From positions 111,626 through 131,625 of the IMG/VR virus record IMGVR_UViG_3300004686_000002: a stretch of 20,000 nt of DNA, one strand, 5' to 3'. The stretch is from an uncultured virus (IMG/VR IMGVR_UViG_3300004686_000002) (Duplodnaviria; Heunggongvirae; Uroviricota; Caudoviricetes). Below the pieces are notes generated by a model, which was given only the letters and a program-made list of their open reading frames with translations, had not been told where the DNA came from and ran no database searches. Positions 16,579 to 20,000 of the stretch are shown piece after piece (the stretch's first letter is position 1; every line of letters starts with the position of its first letter). A program made the position numbers and the translations under genes.

Positions 16579-17355
16579 TCAGTGTTTTGGATGTACAGGA
16601 GGGTGCGCCTGCTTGTAGGTATCAAATGTCTCTACAACAAACTTACACAGCTCAGAACGTACAATGTCATCTTTGGTAAATTTAGCAGAGAAAATACCCA
16701 TACTCTGGGCAGCATCTGTATCAAATATTTGGGCGCATGTAGAAAATCCTCCCTGTTTATTATGAGGAAGATCGCTCTGGTCTGGGTCAGCACACACAAT
16801 AACTTTACTGAATTTACCTATACGAGTAAGAATAGTTTGAAGTTCGTTAAATGTTAAATTCTGTGCTTCGTCCACAATAACGCATTTGGCTGTCCAGCTA
16901 GAACCACGACAGAAGTTAACAGGCTTATACACAAGCCTTTCTTCTGCACCTAGCTTAGTTCTATCTCCTGCACACAAGAGCTCTTCTAATTTATCTCCGA
17001 ATGGAGTCATATACGCTCCGAGCTTATCATCAATATCTCCAGGAAGCATGCCCAGCTTACTGTCACCACTCTCTACTGCAGCACGGATAAAGATAATCTC
17101 TCCTATCTTCTTCTCGTTCATGAGCTGTAGCGCTGCTCTAACCGCTACTGTGGTTTTACTAGTGCCGGCTGGACCAGTGAGAAATATTACTCTGGTATCC
17201 TTATGGGTGGCTAATGTAATAAATGCTTTCTGCTTCTCTGTCCATGGAAGTTCTCTGATATTAAGAGTCCAGCCTATTTTGTCTCTCTGATATACTTGAG
17301 GGCTCGTGTCTGGCTTTTTCTCCTGGGGAGTCTTCTTCTTTTTGGCTTTTTGCAT
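16579..17355 (-). CDS. phoH: PhoH-family ATPase
   Basis: GPAGTSKT Walker A, RAAVE..KLGMLPGD, RGSSW, IVDEAQN, LTRIG, DPDQSDL, DIVRSEL. Confidence 0.95.
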   Translation of the reverse strand: MQKAKKKKTPQEKKPDTSPQVYQRDKIGWTLNIRELPWTEKQKAFITLATHKDTRVIFLTGPAGTSKTTVAVRAALQLMNEKKIGEIIFIRAAVESGDSKLGMLPGDIDDKLGAYMTPFGDKLEELLCAGDRTKLGAEERLVYKPVNFCRGSSWTAKCVIVDEAQNLTFNELQTILTRIGKFSKVIVCADPDQSDLPHNKQGGFSTCAQIFDTDAAQSMGIFSAKFTKDDIVRSELCKFVVETFDTYKQAHPPVHPKH

Positions 17356-17452
17356 ATTCCATTAGTTCCTTGTACAGAGCTTCACGCGCTTCTGGAGTTA
17401 ATTCTTTATATTTAACGTAATACTTATACAGTAGTGTTTCTTGTATATTCAT
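17261..17452 (-). CDS. Small hypothetical protein
   Basis: 63-aa ORF after TATACT; overlaps the phoH start by 95 nt. Confidence 0.4.
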   Translation of the reverse strand: MNIQETLLYKYYVKYKELTPEAREALYKELMEYAKSQKEEDSPGEKARHEPSSISERQNRLDS

Positions 17453-17504
17453 ACTGTACTCTAGGAATAAAGTATATCAAGAATTAATAAAGGAGTCAGT
17501 AGCT

Positions 17505-17535
17505 AAAAAAAAGAGCCCGCTAAGGCTCTTTTTTT
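17505..17535. terminator. Bidirectional Rho-independent terminator
   Basis: AAAAAAAAGAGCC-CGCTAA-GGCTCTTTTTTT. Confidence 0.85.
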
Positions 17536-17542
17536 ATGTTAT

Positions 17543-17704
17543 TTATTTATTTATAACCTCTAGAACTATCACTTCTGATACTGCACCTACTGTGAATAGG
17601 ATTCCTCCCAGTGTATAGTCTATGTTTTGGATTATAAGATATTCTCCTGCCCCTAAAACTAACAGAGGTAGAGTGATCCAGACATAAATAAGTATGTCTT
17701 TCAT
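17543..17704 (-). CDS. Small two-TM membrane protein (53 aa, absent from ORF track)
   Basis: MKDILIYVWITLPLLVLGAGEYLIIQNIDYTLGGILFTVGAVSEVIVLEVINK*; ATGA overlap with upstream gene, ends at terminator. Confidence 0.65.
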   Translation of the reverse strand: MKDILIYVWITLPLLVLGAGEYLIIQNIDYTLGGILFTVGAVSEVIVLEVINK

Positions 17705-18093
17705 TGCACTCTGGAGTTGGCTTTAGCTCTAATAATTGTGCACTTCAACCCATATACAGCTTCAGCTAAACAAGGATAATACTGATAATTAGGTATCATC
17801 TCTATCTGGTGAACCATATATTCAAGATTGGGTATGTTTATACTCAATGGAGCATAACTCACCTCGCCTGCCCTTAATGGGCAGGTGGGACACAATGGAA
17901 CCATTCCTCCTGGTAATATGGGGGTTTGGACTCTCCCACCACACCCATTCAATGGCGCACTACCCAAGGCGGGAGCAGGAGAAAGTCTATAGCTAGGCTC
18001 TACCCTATTTACGCCGCAACTACTTGTTCTAAACAAGTCATCACCGTAAACACTACCGCAGACCAATACTGCTAACATTATTATTTTTTTCAT
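17701..18093 (-). CDS. Putative exported Cys/Pro-rich protein
   Basis: Signal-peptide-like MKKIIMLAVLVCGSVYG; several Cys including CPTC. Confidence 0.6.
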   Translation of the reverse strand: MKKIIMLAVLVCGSVYGDDLFRTSSCGVNRVEPSYRLSPAPALGSAPLNGCGGRVQTPILPGGMVPLCPTCPLRAGEVSYAPLSINIPNLEYMVHQIEMIPNYQYYPCLAEAVYGLKCTIIRAKANSRVQ

Positions 18094-18109
18094 TGTTTGG
18101 TTAAGGGTT

Positions 18110-18362
18110 ATGAAATAGTGGCTACTACTTCATGGTATTATACCTATATAAAGGTTAAATAACCTAAGGGGGTAGGGGTAACCCCTAGCTAAAAAAAAGA
18201 TATTTTTATTAGTTATGCATCTAGTTTTATTATTAGATATGCATATGTATTTGTTGATTAAGCACTTAGGACGTTGGAAAAGCCCAAAATCCTAAGTGCT
18301 TATTAATCAACTTGTTATATAATCGGGAGTTTCCGGTTATATAAATACTTATTAATCAACAA
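18110..18362. repeat. Cluster of inverted repeats plus a 13-bp direct repeat
   Basis: Six hairpins, the longest GTTGATTAAGCACTTAGGA (18253-18271) / TCCTAAGTGCTT(ATT)AATCAAC (18290-18311); CTTATTAATCAAC at 18299 and 18348. Confidence 0.75.
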
Positions 18363-19488
18363 CTAACTCTTCTCCGGTTTTGTCCCTAAACTTAATGCAG
18401 GTTAAGAACTTCGGAATACCGTCTGGAGTTAATCTTTGATATTTAACTGTGGCGTTCATTCCTACGAGGCTATCTCCGATATTGTAGAGCTTTCTTGTGT
18501 ACTCTACAGAACCCTTCACAGAGCAATCAAACTCTTGACCATTATCATTCTTGCAGCGAAGTATGATACAGCCCTGTCTGTTACCCTTGCCTTCTCTATA
18601 TCCCACAATAGGATATTCACTATCCACGAACTCTTTTCTCTTTAGCAGATAGTTTGTTCTCTTGTGCTGATATATCGCAGAACCATCCCTGATCATTTGA
18701 CCCTCGTATCCGCCCTCTAGATAAAGATCATACAATTCATCTAATTGCTCTCTATCTGCAGCCAGACTAGTGTCCACTCGTTGAATGCAGATATCTTCGG
18801 CTTCTGCCAGATAGCTGATTAACTTTTTAGACCTATCCGCATACGATTCTTTGTTTTTATCTACATAATCATATACATGATATTCGATCTTATCTTTTGC
18901 TCTGGAAATATCCTCTCTTGTGGCTTTTGGCTGTTTTACAAGACTAACTATCTCATTGAAGTCATCCTTGTACAGGTGGTTATAAACCTCCCCGTCAAAC
19001 GCCACGATATTTGGATATTTATTGAACAATGAAGCTAGGGCATCTCTGATATGTTGAAGCGTCATGAATGGCTTCCAGTTACGGCTATATGCTCCGTCTC
19101 TGGTTACAATACATCTCAGACCGTCAAACTTAGGTTGACTATACACAGGCCAGTTTAAACTATCCTGGTAGTCCTTGAAGTCTTTAGCCAGAGTGGGCTT
19201 GATTATATCAGCTACCACGCTATCGACCTCCCCTATGTTTTCTGTATAGCCGGCCTCTTTCTTCAACTGCCACTTAGCCTCTGCCTCTAGTCTTGCTTGC
19301 GCTTCTGGAGTGGTTTGATTGCTGCGCCCTATGTTTTTAGCTTCGCATTGTACTCTATCATTCACAACCATCTTGCCTCCGTCTTTGCCTGATACAGTCC
19401 AATACTTAGATCCTTCTACATGAATGGTCCAGCTTTGAACTGCTCCTGTGACTGTACGTTTATATAGTGTGGGTAACGGTTCACTCAT
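18352..19488 (-). CDS. lig: ATP-dependent DNA ligase with N-terminal WGR-like extension
   Basis: QPKFDGLRC (KxDG), FDGEVY, YHVYD, GYEGQMIR, LLKRK, OB-fold C-terminus; start placed at ATG 19488 just after the upstream stop. Confidence 0.95.
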   Translation of the reverse strand: MSEPLPTLYKRTVTGAVQSWTIHVEGSKYWTVSGKDGGKMVVNDRVQCEAKNIGRSNQTTPEAQARLEAEAKWQLKKEAGYTENIGEVDSVVADIIKPTLAKDFKDYQDSLNWPVYSQPKFDGLRCIVTRDGAYSRNWKPFMTLQHIRDALASLFNKYPNIVAFDGEVYNHLYKDDFNEIVSLVKQPKATREDISRAKDKIEYHVYDYVDKNKESYADRSKKLISYLAEAEDICIQRVDTSLAADREQLDELYDLYLEGGYEGQMIRDGSAIYQHKRTNYLLKRKEFVDSEYPIVGYREGKGNRQGCIILRCKNDNGQEFDCSVKGSVEYTRKLYNIGDSLVGMNATVKYQRLTPDGIPKFLTCIKFRDKTGEELVVD

Positions 19489-19492
19489 TATA

Positions 19493-19708
19493 TTAATAAT
19501 TTGCAGCTTGTTCCGCGGCTCCAAATAGTTGATCCCATTCTTCTCCAGTGATTCCGTTCTTTATGAATTCCCTGTCATCCATATCCAAATGGGGAAACGC
19601 CTCTTGCAATAACGCTCCATTGTTATAACTAGCCAGCTGTTTCTCTGTGATATCTAAGTCTTTTGTTCTAGTGATTCCTGTTAGTGTGGATGTGCGTGTT
19701 ATTTTCAT
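19493..19708 (-). CDS. Conserved small phage hypothetical protein
   Basis: ITRTSTLTG..RTKDLDIT..QEAFPHL..DDREFIKNGITGEEWD pattern. Confidence 0.75.
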   Translation of the reverse strand: MKITRTSTLTGITRTKDLDITEKQLASYNNGALLQEAFPHLDMDDREFIKNGITGEEWDQLFGAAEQAANY

Positions 19709-19710
19709 TT

Positions 19711-19995
19711 TTAGTATTTTCGTTCTTTGAACTCTCTATACCAAGAAGGAACTAAATGATATGAGGAAAGGTCTGGCAAGACTCTCTCTATCATTTGCTC
19801 TAACTCTCTATTTTTATTTTGCAGTTCTACTATCTCTTTAGCTGCGTTTAATTGATTTTCTAAACTTACTTTTAATTGCAGCTTTAATTGCTCAACTTCA
19901 TTATTTTCCATATCTTTTATCGGAGTGTTTAGTGCTCTTCTAACTGCTGGGTCTGTGCTTTCTATTTTAGCAAATCCACCATACCATTCTTCCAT
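19711..19995 (-). CDS. Hypothetical coiled-coil protein (start uncertain at window edge)
   Basis: 94-aa ORF co-oriented with and abutting the downstream gene. Confidence 0.55.
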   Translation of the reverse strand: MEEWYGGFAKIESTDPAVRRALNTPIKDMENNEVEQLKLQLKVSLENQLNAAKEIVELQNKNRELEQMIERVLPDLSSYHLVPSWYREFKERKY

Positions 19996-20000
19996 TGTTA

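Noticed and set aside
18299..18360. Mini CRISPR array (repeat, 36 nt, repeat)
   Set aside because: Only two 13-bp repeats, the spacer is itself a palindrome, and there are no cas genes
141..18645. Antisense and alternative-frame ORFs (e.g. 141-494, 808-1113, 2610-2981, 14758-15171, 15479-15826, 16886-17290, 18436-18645)
   Set aside because: They lie within better-supported genes and show no recognisable motifs
1..20000. Giant eukaryotic virus or cellular origin (suggested by SET, GT17, GT34, RNAP)
   Set aside because: Bacterial-type RpoB motifs, PhoH, sigma70-like promoters, intrinsic terminators, overlapping operons and a CCA-encoding tRNA indicate a bacteriophage
1..20000. Stop-codon reassignment
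   Set aside because: nrdA, nrdB, phoH, ligase and deaminase are full length in the standard code; the rpoB pieces are on opposite strands, so readthrough cannot join them

Overview
AT-rich, gene-dense segment of a large (jumbo-type) dsDNA bacteriophage genome read in the standard genetic code. It encodes two separate pieces of a multisubunit RNA polymerase beta subunit (RpoB-like) on opposite strands about 3.4 kb apart, probable virion proteins (one with Cys-bracketed repeats), dCMP deaminase, an unusual long-variable-arm tRNA-Thr(UGU), a glycosyltransferase/methyltransferase/SET-domain cluster, class I ribonucleotide reductase (nrdA, nrdB), PhoH and an ATP-dependent DNA ligase. Most notable are the RpoB split (apparently at the gate loop, with at least one more piece outside the window), the class II-shaped tRNA-Thr, and three structured intergenic regions (2482-2565, 16481-16578, 18110-18362). 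All homology calls come from motif recognition by eye, not from database searches.
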